A stretch of 64,000 nucleotides of DNA from an uncultured Bacteriovoracaceae bacterium (GTDB taxonomy: Bacteria > Bdellovibrionota > UBA2428). Below, one piece after another: positions 9,334 through 19,028 of the stretch (position 1 is the first letter of the stretch; every line of letters starts with the position of its first letter). The stretch spans positions 760-64,759 of the forward strand of contig CAZWNW010000015.1 of assembly GCA_964636255.1 (NCBI GenBank), read 5' to 3'. Made by a program: the position numbers and the translations under genes. Under the pieces are notes generated by a model. It ran no database searches. It was not told the DNA's origin and saw only the letters and a list, made by a program, of their open reading frames with translations.

Positions 9334-9828
9334 TCACGCAGCTCGAAGTTGGAGATCCTTCAACAAGCGCGAATGTAAGTCGGCCAGTAGTTGATCCCGC
9401 GGCAGGAGTTTTCGTAGAGCCCCAATGGCATCGCAAACACCCTGACGATCCGAGTAGAAAAAGGAGCGCTTATTTTTTGAAGTGGGTTTGGGAATGATTG
9501 CGTGGGCGCCATGAGGGCGATTTCCTCGGGGTTCGACGTCAAGAAATGCCGACATAAGTAAAACCACAGGGCTTTTCTCCAGGTCCGCGCTTTCGATTGC
9601 TTGAACGAGTTCAGGGCCCGAGCCCATTGGCATCCGCATGTCAGAGAGGACCAAATCCACGGGGTTTTCCCGTAATAGTTTAATGCCCTCATAACCGCCG
9701 CTGGCGGCCAGAACGCGGAAGCCGATGCGTTCGAAACGCTTCACCAAAATCCGCCGAATTTCTTCCTCGTCATCGACAACTAATACGCAAATTTGAAGCG
9801 AGGACTCTACTCTGGCTGCTGACTTCAT
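9334..9828 (-). CDS. single-domain CheY-like response regulator
   Basis: VLVVDDEEEIRRIL, LVLSDMRMPMGSG and IIPKP are REC motifs. Confidence 0.7.
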   Translation of the reverse strand: MKSAARVESSLQICVLVVDDEEEIRRILVKRFERIGFRVLAASGGYEGIKLLRENPVDLVLSDMRMPMGSGPELVQAIESADLEKSPVVLLMSAFLDVEPRGNRPHGAHAIIPKPTSKNKRSFFYSDRQGVCDAIGALRKLLPRDQLLADLHSRLLKDLQLRAA

Positions 9829-9908
9829 GAAGTCATTTCATCAGAAATTTCATTTGGGGGATAAGAAGATTTAGTTAATTGAAAGAAGAGTGGGGCTTAA
9901 ACCCTGCT

Positions 9909-10937
9909 TCAATCAATGACTTCCCGGCAGCAAGCAAGATAGCTGTGAAAATTTTCCACCTGTTGTTGATTGTGTTTTCGCAAACGAATCTCAATATGGG
10001 GCTCTCGTATCTCATCAACGATGGCAAGTAGGTCTAGATTTTCCCCGCGGCTCTTCTTTTTGCAGAGCCTCTCGTATACAGAGACTGCCAGGTTAAATGC
10101 TCGAACTTCGGGGCTTAGTTGCGGACCGTTGAGTTTGCGTGGATAGCCAAGTCCGTTTTCAAGTTCATGGTGGCACAAAATGAACTGCGAAGATCGCGGT
10201 GGAAAATCCCTAATGGATCTAGAGGCAAAGTGTGCGGCCTCAATGGGATGTTGCCGAATTTTGTTGAACTCATTGAGAGTGAGACTTCCCGGCTCCTGCT
10301 CATAGCGGGAAAGAGTTCTATTTGGTATAGACCGAAGCGGAGCATCCATCAGCAAAACCGCTAGGGCGGCTTCGCGTAGCAAGGCCCTAGATTCAAGGGA
10401 TTCTGATGAAAAAACCATGGTGACCAGGCTGCAAAGCGCAAAGCTTTTTTCGATCTCTGTTAAAATTTGAGCTGAAAAGAGTGCGTTGCGTGGAATGCCA
10501 TAGTTGAGCGGAAGAATTTGCTTCAGAAGGGAATCGGCCAGGTCCTCCCAAGCCTTAACTTTGGTCGAAAAATTCTTGAGTAGAGCACCTTCTCGGTGGC
10601 CCAGACCCTTTAGGCGCTCGTCCAGCTCTCCACTGAAGCTTCGCAAAAGATTGGCATCTTCTTCAGGGTTACGAGCCTGCCTCTTGAGGAACTCAAAGCG
10701 TTCCGGAAATCTACGTAAGAGATCCGCCTCATCTAGAGCACCGCGGCGAACATAAATTCCACGGTCATGTTGGCTCTTCAGCACATCCAGCCGAGTCTGA
10801 GTGACCTGATCACCCTGCTGCAGGAACTTTAAATAGACTTGAGAATGTGGAAAATGAACGAAAAGGTCAATAAGTGCGTAGCCTTCCTCGGTTACAGGAA
10901 TTTGGGTAGGGCCAACAGCGTCAAATTCGTTAATCAA
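9909..10937 (-). CDS. HD-GYP domain protein (putative c-di-GMP phosphodiesterase or degenerate sensor)
   Basis: CHHELENGLGYPRKL matches the HHExxDGxGYP signature. An upstream HD-like segment is less clear. Confidence 0.55.
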   Translation of the reverse strand: MINEFDAVGPTQIPVTEEGYALIDLFVHFPHSQVYLKFLQQGDQVTQTRLDVLKSQHDRGIYVRRGALDEADLLRRFPERFEFLKRQARNPEEDANLLRSFSGELDERLKGLGHREGALLKNFSTKVKAWEDLADSLLKQILPLNYGIPRNALFSAQILTEIEKSFALCSLVTMVFSSESLESRALLREAALAVLLMDAPLRSIPNRTLSRYEQEPGSLTLNEFNKIRQHPIEAAHFASRSIRDFPPRSSQFILCHHELENGLGYPRKLNGPQLSPEVRAFNLAVSVYERLCKKKSRGENLDLLAIVDEIREPHIEIRLRKHNQQQVENFHSYLACCREVID

Positions 10938-11050
10938 GACATCCCCTTAGAGTCAATTTTAAGGATAGCTTGATTACTAAACTAATAAAATTTGGTTAAT
11001 ATTTATTTATTAATCTTCCTATATCTGGGAATTGTGTTTAAATTTTCAAT

Positions 11051-12433
11051 ATGAACGTCGTGGGTCTTATCAAGAGCCAGGAGGAGAGAAATCTCATTCG
11101 GGTCTTGGTGAATGAGTGTGTGCGCAGTCGTGATTTTAAAGGACCCAAGGATCTGGAATTGAAGCTTTTTGGCACGCAAGAGGAATTTCTGGATTCACTG
11201 GCACAGCTAAAAAACATCAAACTTGTTGTGATTGATTCCTTGATCGAAAATTATTCGGTTTTATTAGAAAGCGTCTTGGCAGGTTTTGACGGCGAACGGC
11301 CTGTAATCATAGTCCTAGCCGATACTCATGGCGGCGAACGTGGCGTCGTGGATCAGGCCGAAGAGTTGAATGCCCTGGGCGTTGAGCTCGTAGTTTTTCG
11401 ACCCTATACCCGAGAGCAGCTTGTGCTCTCTTTGCAAAAGGGAATTTCGTGGATGCAGGAGCTTCCGCACTGGGTGAAACTTGTGCGTGCGGGAAAACAA
11501 CTCGTTAATCAGTCGAATCGGGAAGCAGTAAAAAAAGCGCTCGGTATTTTACATCAGCAGATGCCAGACAATTCTTCCATCGCCCTGCTCTATGCTCGTG
11601 TGCTTGGAGTTTTGGGAAGTTCCGTAGCTGATGCGCGCGAGTCTTACCGCGTGTTAGATGGACTTCTTGCGACTCAGCCCTCGAGTATTCTGGCCCTGAG
11701 TTTAGCATCGCAGGTCGCTAAGAAGTTCGGTGATCGTCTACAGCTGATGGAATATGCGAAGAAAACTTTTCTAGCTGCTCCTTCGCGATCAGCAATTTTA
11801 GAGGTGATTGCAACAGGGAAAGAGATTGCAGCTCAAGATCATAATTTTAAGTGGATTGCTCTGGTTGAGGAACTCGCCAAGCGCGGTGCAGATTTCACAA
11901 ATTTACGACCGCTTTTTGAATTGGCAATTGAAGAACTTTCAGATTTTGAAAAATTGGAAGGCATTTTAAATTGGTTGAAGAATCCGCAGGCTTTGGAAGA
12001 TATTGAGCCCGAGGTTCTCAGTCGCTGTTACTTTCGTCTTCGCAAGCGTATCGAGGAGTTAGGTGGTTTGAGTGCGATCAACAATCGCTTACGCGCCAAA
12101 ATGATGGCCGATTTTGGTAGCCTTTTGGTTCTTCATCTATCTTCGAATCTTGAGCTGGTGGATGATTATGTGAGTACAATGATTCACCAGTCCCGGGTGA
12201 TCGAGTCCGAGCAAAAACTGTCCCTTATCAAGCGAAAAGACGCATCTTGGAAGTACTTTTATTTAGGTATGGCTAAATTGGCGATGTCGCGCGACAGGCG
12301 TTTAGAGGCCAGCGATTACCTGCTTAGGTGCGATAAAATGCTCGCGCAGTTTTCCAGTGTCGAAAAAATGCTCTTCGACCGTGTTCGTGATGAAGCAGTT
12401 TCGCGCTGGGGGCCACTTCAAAAGCGGAGCTAA
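11051..12433 (+). CDS. pseudo-receiver domain + TPR-repeat protein
   Basis: The N-terminal ~140 aa have REC-like topology (LKLVVIDS..., PVIIVLA, VVFRPY) without a clear acceptor Asp. The rest is helical TPR-like repeats. Confidence 0.45.
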   Translation: MNVVGLIKSQEERNLIRVLVNECVRSRDFKGPKDLELKLFGTQEEFLDSLAQLKNIKLVVIDSLIENYSVLLESVLAGFDGERPVIIVLADTHGGERGVVDQAEELNALGVELVVFRPYTREQLVLSLQKGISWMQELPHWVKLVRAGKQLVNQSNREAVKKALGILHQQMPDNSSIALLYARVLGVLGSSVADARESYRVLDGLLATQPSSILALSLASQVAKKFGDRLQLMEYAKKTFLAAPSRSAILEVIATGKEIAAQDHNFKWIALVEELAKRGADFTNLRPLFELAIEELSDFEKLEGILNWLKNPQALEDIEPEVLSRCYFRLRKRIEELGGLSAINNRLRAKMMADFGSLLVLHLSSNLELVDDYVSTMIHQSRVIESEQKLSLIKRKDASWKYFYLGMAKLAMSRDRRLEASDYLLRCDKMLAQFSSVEKMLFDRVRDEAVSRWGPLQKRS

Positions 12434-12480
12434 TCAAATATTCATACAATTTATTGCTCAGATAAGAGACACTATTTTAG

Positions 12481-12918
12481 GTGAAGGAAAGTCAAATGGA
12501 CGGAAAAGGGATTCGACTCTTGATAGTCGATGATGAAAACGAGCTGCGAGAAGCATTGAAAAGAAAATTTCATCGCTTGGGCTTCGATGTTCACACGGCC
12601 AGCGGCGGCCACGAAGCCTTGAAGACTTGCCTCAAGCACGACTTTGACATCATTCTTACGGATGTGCGTATGCCCGAGGGATCGGGCATTGAATTACTCG
12701 ATGGAATAAAATCGGCTAAACTTAAACACCCCCCTGTCATCATTTGCATCTCTGCTTTTTCCGATTTGACCAAAGAAGACGCCATCCTGAAAGGCGCACA
12801 CGCACTCCTCCCAAAGCCGGTAGAATCTTCGGTTTTGATTAGCACTATCGAACACTTTCATCTCCAGCGAGCCCAGCGATTGGAAGCTGAAAAAGCTAGA
12901 GGTAATACAAGAAATTAG
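12481..12918 (+). CDS. single-domain CheY-like response regulator
   Basis: IRLLIVDDENELRE, IILTDVRMPEGSG and LLPKP are REC motifs. The likely true start is the ATG near 12496 after AGGTGAAGGAAAG. Confidence 0.75.
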   Translation: MKESQMDGKGIRLLIVDDENELREALKRKFHRLGFDVHTASGGHEALKTCLKHDFDIILTDVRMPEGSGIELLDGIKSAKLKHPPVIICISAFSDLTKEDAILKGAHALLPKPVESSVLISTIEHFHLQRAQRLEAEKARGNTRN

Positions 12919-12976
12919 TTGGTTCTTATTCTTCGGTCAGTAGTAGCGGTACGTTTTCTGATTAGGGAGGCCATTA

Positions 12977-14104
12977 ATGAAAGTTCAGCAATTTTTCTGG
13001 CAAGCCAAGAGTGGATGGAGTCTTCGTCCGCACGAAGTAATTGAAGCCGACATGCTTCTCATATTCGGCGGAATTGAACACTTCAAATCCAAGCAGATCT
13101 TAACTGAACTCGCTCAGTTATTTCCGCAGGTGCCATTGATGGCCTGCTCAACCGCTGGTGAGATCATCGAGAGTCGAGTGCTGGATAAAAGTTTAGTGGC
13201 AACCGCAGTAAAATTCGAAAAAACTCAACTGAAATTTGCGAAGGTTCAAAATCCGAGTGAAAGCTTGAGTCGAAAATCTGGCGAGGAAATTGGCAAGAAG
13301 CTTCTGGCTGAAAATCTAAAACACGTCTTTGTCTTGTCACCAGGGCTTAATGTTAACGGAAGCGAGTTGGTTCGGGGCATCACAAGTCAATTGCCAACAC
13401 ATGTGAGTGTCACGGGGGGCTTGGCCAGTGATGGTGGCGCATTCCAAGAGACTTTCGTCACCTTGGGAGATCAGACCGCAAATGATTTAGTGGCAGCCGT
13501 TGGATTTTATGGTGATCACATCAAGATTGGCTGTGGATCTGTCGGCGGCTGGGACTCCTTTGGTCCCGAGCGGCTGATTACTAAGTCAAGCGGGAACGTA
13601 CTCTACGAATTGGATGGCAAGTCCGCACTAGAGCTTTATAAAACCTATCTCGGTGAAGAAGCTAAAAATCTGCCGGCGAGTGGTCTGCTTTTCCCCTTAT
13701 CTTTGCGACAGCACGAAGGCAATCCAGGACTGGTGCGGACAATTTTGTCGGTGGATGAAAAGACTCAATCATTGACATTCGCGGGCGATGTTCCCGAGGG
13801 GCACTACGTCCAATTGATGAAAGCGAATTTTGATCGACTTCTGGAAGGGGCAGAAAGTGCCGCCGAGGCTAGTCTCAATCAATTTTCAAAAGTTCAACTG
13901 GCGATTTTGATCAGCTGTGTGGGGAGAAAACTTGTTTTAAAGCAGCGGATCGAGGATGAGGTCGAAGGCGTCCGAGGCATCCTAGGGTTTGAGGTTCCGG
14001 TAACGGGTTTTTATTCCTACGGCGAGATTTCGCCTTTTACTCCGACGGCGCGTTGTGAGTTGCATAATCAGACCATGACGGTCACGACTTTTGCGGAGGA
14101 CTGA
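12977..14104 (+). CDS. FIST-domain sensor protein
   Basis: LLIFGG... and PLMACSTAGEI match FIST-N (G.sTaGei). ATGA overlap with the downstream histidine kinase. Confidence 0.65.
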   Translation: MKVQQFFWQAKSGWSLRPHEVIEADMLLIFGGIEHFKSKQILTELAQLFPQVPLMACSTAGEIIESRVLDKSLVATAVKFEKTQLKFAKVQNPSESLSRKSGEEIGKKLLAENLKHVFVLSPGLNVNGSELVRGITSQLPTHVSVTGGLASDGGAFQETFVTLGDQTANDLVAAVGFYGDHIKIGCGSVGGWDSFGPERLITKSSGNVLYELDGKSALELYKTYLGEEAKNLPASGLLFPLSLRQHEGNPGLVRTILSVDEKTQSLTFAGDVPEGHYVQLMKANFDRLLEGAESAAEASLNQFSKVQLAILISCVGRKLVLKQRIEDEVEGVRGILGFEVPVTGFYSYGEISPFTPTARCELHNQTMTVTTFAED

Positions 14105-15432
14105 TGGGCTTTCACAAGCTACTTGCCCGGCAGTTGCGTAAAATCCCAAATCTAAATTGGGAAAATTCGCCTGAATTGCAGCAGCTGCTGCGGGCAGTGG
14201 ACGAGGCCTATCACCAGGCTGATGCTGATCGCATGATGCTCACACGTTCCATTGATTTAAGCTCACGCGAGCTAAATGTGGCCAACCGAGAACTGATGAT
14301 CAAGGGTGATCGTCTGAAGCGCAGTTGTGAAGTGACGGTGGACCTCTATCACGCATCAAGTGATGAAGAGGGTTTCGAGCGCGTCTTGAGCGAGCTGAGA
14401 AAAGAAAAACAAATTGAGCTGGCCCAAATATTGGATATTCGTAAAAGTCCTGGACAAAGAGAAGTCGTTGAAATTTCGCAAAGACTTTTTTTGTATGAGA
14501 ACTCAGCAGATGTTGCGCGAGAGGTACTAATCCCTGTTACGGGATCAGAAAACTCGACCTATGCAGTCCTTCATCTGGTCGCCGCTCAGGATCGAGTGAT
14601 CGACAAAGATCTTCAACTTTGGGTGGAAAATTTGGCCAACGGCCTCGGGATCTGGGTGGAGATTCAGCTTCAAAAGCGCGAACTCGAAGAGCACCGGGCA
14701 CAGGCTGTCAATGGCTCAAAAATGGCTTCGCTGGGTTTGATGGCAGGTGGCGTCGCTCACGAAATCAACAATCCTTTGGCTGTCATCTCGCTTTTGGCGG
14801 AAGAGATGGTCGATTTGCTTGGCGATGAATCGCTTTCACCAACCGAACTAAAAGCGGAATTATCGCAAAGCTTGCAGAAAGTTTCTCGCACCACGGAACG
14901 TATAGCTAAAATCGTTAAAGGCCTGAGAAGTTTTTCACGTGATAGTACACATGATCCCGTCGCGAGGGTAACTTTTGCGAATCTCTTAGACCAGACCACT
15001 TCGTTTTGCATGGAGAGATTCAGGTTGCGAAGTGTCAATCTGATCGTTGATCCTATTGAGCCTGAGCTGTGGATGGAATGTCGGGAGGCGCAGATTTCTC
15101 AAGTTTTGCTCAATCTTCTGAATAATGCTTTTGACGCTGTTCAAGGCAGCGAAAATGCCTGGGTTCGCATTAGCCATAGCACCACTGAATCCGAAATCGT
15201 TATCCAAATTCGCGATAGTGGAAAGGGAATCAGTCCTGAAGTTTCTGAAAAACTTTTTCAACCATTTTTTACAACAAAAAGTGTGGGGAAAGGAACTGGC
15301 CTTGGACTGAATATTTCGCACGCGATCGCGCGTGCGCATGATGGTGAACTGTTTGTGGACAGGACCGACCCTAACACCTGTTTCGTCTTGCGTTTGCCGC
15401 GCGAGCAAAAAATCCAGCGGGAGGCATCCTAA
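14104..15432 (+). CDS. cytoplasmic sensor histidine kinase
   Basis: H-box GVAHEINNPLAVI, N-box LLNLLNNAFDAV, G-boxes DSGKGI and GTGLGLNISH. Coiled-coil N-terminus, no TM segment. Confidence 0.85.
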   Translation: MGFHKLLARQLRKIPNLNWENSPELQQLLRAVDEAYHQADADRMMLTRSIDLSSRELNVANRELMIKGDRLKRSCEVTVDLYHASSDEEGFERVLSELRKEKQIELAQILDIRKSPGQREVVEISQRLFLYENSADVAREVLIPVTGSENSTYAVLHLVAAQDRVIDKDLQLWVENLANGLGIWVEIQLQKRELEEHRAQAVNGSKMASLGLMAGGVAHEINNPLAVISLLAEEMVDLLGDESLSPTELKAELSQSLQKVSRTTERIAKIVKGLRSFSRDSTHDPVARVTFANLLDQTTSFCMERFRLRSVNLIVDPIEPELWMECREAQISQVLLNLLNNAFDAVQGSENAWVRISHSTTESEIVIQIRDSGKGISPEVSEKLFQPFFTTKSVGKGTGLGLNISHAIARAHDGELFVDRTDPNTCFVLRLPREQKIQREAS

Positions 15433-15490
15433 TCGATGACGCAGAGATCAAAAAGACTTCGCAAACGGCGCTCTTTGGACTAAACTTTTT

Positions 15491-15880
15491 TTGATGAGCA
15501 GGTCTATGGTTCATCACATGTCGATTTCTGTTGGGGATTTACAACGTTCGTCCAAATTCTATGATGCGATCTTTGGAATATTGGGTTTTGAACGTGTTTG
15601 GAGAGCCACCGATGCCGTTGGTTATGGTTTTGGCGAACAAGATCAATTCGCAATTAAAATGATATCGAAAGATGCAGTGCGGATTCCGATTGCGGGTTTC
15701 CATATCGCCTTTTCCGCCAGAAGCCGCGAGGAAGTTGCCAAGTTTCATGTAACCGCTTTGAAAAACGGGGGCACCGACAATGGTCGGCCGGGCCCGCGCC
15801 CTGACTATGGTCCAAATTATTATGCCGCCTATGTTGTGGATCCAGACGGTTATCGGATCGAGGCCGTGTTTATAGGATAG
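15491..15880 (+). CDS. VOC/glyoxalase-bleomycin-resistance family protein
   Basis: HHMSISVGDLQRSSKFYDAIFGILGF fits the VOC fold signature. Probable start at the internal Met (MVHHM). Confidence 0.5.
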   Translation: MMSRSMVHHMSISVGDLQRSSKFYDAIFGILGFERVWRATDAVGYGFGEQDQFAIKMISKDAVRIPIAGFHIAFSARSREEVAKFHVTALKNGGTDNGRPGPRPDYGPNYYAAYVVDPDGYRIEAVFIG

Positions 15881-15901
15881 CCACAGGTCAGTGGAGCATC
15901 T

Positions 15902-17158
15902 TCATTTCGATGTGTCGGAATTCTTTTCACGATGGCCTTTGAGACTTCGAACCATGAGCATCGGATCGAGTAGCTCGGCTACGGGTCGACTTTCCCGGGT
16001 AAAATATTGAACACGAAAGAGATCTCCTTGAGCAAAGGGTTTTTGTAGGATCAATGCTTCCAAGGGATCGTGCACATATTGATCCGCTTCGGTTTCAGGC
16101 ATGTCTAGTTTGCGCTGCACCTGACCATTGGCATATAGAAGTTGGGCACCACGATAGACATAAGAAAGATAATCAAGTTCTAGGGCTAACATAAAATCGC
16201 CCTCGCTAAACAGTCTTCCTGCTTTCGCAATGGCCGAAGGCTTGGCGTTTTTAAAATCGATAAAATAGGCTTTGATGAGACGCGAAAAGGCTCGGAGCAC
16301 CTTGCCTGCATCGGTAGCAAAAACTGCAATCCGCAATTTATCCTCGGGATCCGATTTCAGAGATCGGAGATAGTTAATGAACGCTGGCAGATCCACGCTG
16401 TCTTCCGCACCCAGCGTTTCGTCTTCGTCACTGAGGATGATGATTCCAGCACAGGCTTTGGGTCTAAGAACATCAGCTCCGCCATTTCGCAGCGCTCGCT
16501 CTAAACTAAGCAATGGTCGCTCATCGCCCGAACCCCCGGTGCCTACTTCCAGAGCTTTTTTAATTTTTGCTGTCCCAAACAAGGGATTCGAAAAAGTGCT
16601 TCCCGGAGTCTCTCCTAAATATGTGTCCGTCGTAAGCACGTAGCCCCTTATGTCGCCCTTGCTACCGGCTATCTTTAAAAAATCTGAAATCGTTTTCTGA
16701 AAAACATCCTGCAGAGCTTCCATGGATCCCGAATTGTCGATGACAAATATCAGATCTGTTTCACTACATTCTCCACGAAGTTTGGGTATCTCATAGAGAG
16801 ATTCGATGTAGCCTTCGGTCTGGCATTGTGCGTGAACCTTCGTCCCTTTATCGACAAGATTGGCTCCGATGTGGGTCAGCACGGGCCAGCGTGCGGGTGG
16901 GGCGATTGAAAGGGGCGGATCGGCGAATTCCTGACAAGCATTTTTCAATCCACCACTGAAGGTAAAGTTTTCTCGGGCCGTAGATTTGGGCTTGATGATC
17001 AGCGGTTCGACTAAGTCTTTATCAATCCACTCGAGCTTTTGAGCGGGGCTTGCTTTTGAAAAACAGAGCCCGGCAGTTAAAAGAAGAATTAAATGCTTTT
17101 GCAGATGGCTTGCCATGTCTTGTATCGAACTCCATTCAAATACTCTCGATGCCCGCAT
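15902..17158 (-). CDS. secreted von Willebrand factor A (vWA) domain protein, putative pilus-associated adhesin
   Basis: MIDAS motif DLIFVIDNSGSM. Signal peptide at the internal Met (MASHLQKHLILLLTAGLCF). Last gene of the pseudopilin operon. Confidence 0.6.
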   Translation of the reverse strand: MRASRVFEWSSIQDMASHLQKHLILLLTAGLCFSKASPAQKLEWIDKDLVEPLIIKPKSTARENFTFSGGLKNACQEFADPPLSIAPPARWPVLTHIGANLVDKGTKVHAQCQTEGYIESLYEIPKLRGECSETDLIFVIDNSGSMEALQDVFQKTISDFLKIAGSKGDIRGYVLTTDTYLGETPGSTFSNPLFGTAKIKKALEVGTGGSGDERPLLSLERALRNGGADVLRPKACAGIIILSDEDETLGAEDSVDLPAFINYLRSLKSDPEDKLRIAVFATDAGKVLRAFSRLIKAYFIDFKNAKPSAIAKAGRLFSEGDFMLALELDYLSYVYRGAQLLYANGQVQRKLDMPETEADQYVHDPLEALILQKPFAQGDLFRVQYFTRESRPVAELLDPMLMVRSLKGHREKNSDTSK

Positions 17159-17631
17159 TTTAGTTTAGTGAGATGCTTGGGCAAATCAAGATAGTCCCGT
17201 CGCGGGAGATAGATCTTGATGTTACGGTGAAAGGTAGTGGATAACTTTCCGCTCAATTCAAGGTCGACCTCGATGAGATCTGGACCGCGGACCAGGTAGC
17301 TCCCTTTCAAATCGAATCCACGCAGTGCCCAATCAAATTCACTATTGAAGCTAACGCTTCCACGGTTTTCTACCGGGCAACCTTCCTGCAAACACTCCAA
17401 CAAGTCACGATTTCTGGGCGCATCCAAAATAAGTTCGCGTATGAGATCCGGGCTGCGAAAGGCCATCATAAGATTTGCTTCCAGCGCGGCAGATTGAATT
17501 CTTCGATTCAATAAAGCGTTCTCTTTTTCGAAGGTGTTGAAAAGTGATGCCGCCCCTGAAAAAATGATGCCGAAAATTACAAAAGCGACCATCAATTCCA
17601 TAATGGAGAGGCCGTGAAGTGTCTTATTCAC
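17089..17631 (-). CDS. prepilin-type N-terminal cleavage/methylation domain protein (minor pilin/pseudopilin)
   Basis: MNKTLHG|LSIMELMVAFVIFGII has a class III signal with Glu at +5. Confidence 0.7.
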   Translation of the reverse strand: MNKTLHGLSIMELMVAFVIFGIIFSGAASLFNTFEKENALLNRRIQSAALEANLMMAFRSPDLIRELILDAPRNRDLLECLQEGCPVENRGSVSFNSEFDWALRGFDLKGSYLVRGPDLIEVDLELSGKLSTTFHRNIKIYLPRRDYLDLPKHLTKLKCGHREYLNGVRYKTWQAICKSI

Positions 17632-18353
17632 CAGTCGCTACCTCCTTGGACAGCAGGATCGCCGCACTGAGCTTTGTCTTGGGCAATATCAACGCTTAAG
17701 AGGTATGATCCGGGCGCAAGACATAGCCCTCCGCCGCGCACTTCGCATGCGGCACCTCCGGGCTGCCGTGCAAAGGGTACGTAGTAACGAATTTCACGGC
17801 GCAGATCGAGGTCAGGAACAGAAATCTCTATGCGAATTTCAGCGGCACTATCAAGTCCAGCACGCCACCACGCGATGCTTCGACCTCGGCAATTGTCGGG
17901 AAATCTTGGTGGAATTGTTACGTCATGTTCTTTGCCGAAGGGTTTCGGCAATTCGGGACAGGCCACCCAGTCTTTTGAAATATGATGGGCGCCCGCTACA
18001 TAGGTCCAATCCGATAGAGGCGTCTTTTTGTAGCGATAGAGCTTTACGTTTTTCCAGCCCAGTGGCTTCCAATCCTTTTGAAGTTTGCAGTGCTCCAAAC
18101 AGGGTTCTTGGAGACATTCTTTCAGAAGATCATCAGAGGCTAAATTGAGAGCATCACGAAATCGCTCTTCGATGATGAAATCCAGGCGCCGTTGCAATTC
18201 ATCTTTCTGTACAGATTCAGCGGCCGAGGCCTTGCTAGAATAACGACCCAGTAGGCCCGTCGCATAGGCATAGAGCACCATGAGAAAGGAGAGAATGGCC
18301 ATGGAGACGATGAGTTCTGCCATCGTAAAACCTAGTCGATTTTTTTTGCGCAC
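17628..18353 (-). CDS. prepilin-type N-terminal cleavage/methylation domain protein (minor pilin/pseudopilin)
   Basis: RKKNRLG|FTMAELIVSMAIL. Track ORF extends to 18428. A GTG preceded by GGAG would give the short basic leader MRKKNRLG, so the start is near 18353. Confidence 0.65.
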   Translation of the reverse strand: MRKKNRLGFTMAELIVSMAILSFLMVLYAYATGLLGRYSSKASAAESVQKDELQRRLDFIIEERFRDALNLASDDLLKECLQEPCLEHCKLQKDWKPLGWKNVKLYRYKKTPLSDWTYVAGAHHISKDWVACPELPKPFGKEHDVTIPPRFPDNCRGRSIAWWRAGLDSAAEIRIEISVPDLDLRREIRYYVPFARQPGGAACEVRGGGLCLAPGSYLLSVDIAQDKAQCGDPAVQGGSDW

Positions 18354-19000
18354 AATAACTCCAGGGGCGGGGCTGTTAATTGAATGGCTCGAAAACCTTC
18401 TCGACACTCGAGACTTTGCATCTGCCAATGATTACCGGCAAAGTTCAGTGGAAATTCTACGGTGAATTGATTTTCAGGATTCTTAGGGTTGATCGGACCT
18501 GTTCTTCGATGATCGCGTGTGGAGAGCGTCATGTGAAGTTTTGCCCAAATCATCAGACCTTGGCTTCGAATGCTTCCGAAAAAATGCGATTGGATCGGGC
18601 AATTTGCACCCGGTAAACAGCTTTCAAGTCCGCCGCGTCGGTGACTAGCTCCGGCTCCCAACCAAGGCTTTCCATCGGCATCTAGAACGCGAAGCGCTTG
18701 GTTGTTGGTGTAGTTGGGCAAAGGTTGAGAATTTTTCAGCGCCTCGTAGGCTTTGCTGAGAAATTCTTCGATATCAGGATTGGCTTCAATAAATGATTTT
18801 TCAATGAAGTGACTTGAGCGCACGGCGTTTTCAAGGCGAATGCGGAGAGCCTCCATGGCATGTTTTCGTTCAAGGGCGATCATCTCCAACTGCCGTCGTT
18901 GGAAGATGTTGTAGGAAATGACTGCAAAGAGACTCACTCCCACTACAAAAAGTGCCGCCATAATATAGGTCGAGCTCCCACGCCGACTTCGAAGATTCAT
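18332..19000 (-). CDS. N-terminally membrane-anchored protein, divergent pseudopilin-like
   Basis: RRGSSTYIMAALFVVGVSLFAVISY is a single N-terminal TM segment without the canonical G-F-T-x-x-E. First gene of the operon. Confidence 0.35.
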   Translation of the reverse strand: MNLRSRRGSSTYIMAALFVVGVSLFAVISYNIFQRRQLEMIALERKHAMEALRIRLENAVRSSHFIEKSFIEANPDIEEFLSKAYEALKNSQPLPNYTNNQALRVLDADGKPWLGAGASHRRGGLESCLPGANCPIQSHFFGSIRSQGLMIWAKLHMTLSTRDHRRTGPINPKNPENQFTVEFPLNFAGNHWQMQSLECREGFRAIQLTAPPLELLCAKKID

Positions 19001-19028
19001 GCGCTCAGTCTAACGGTGGTCTGCACAA

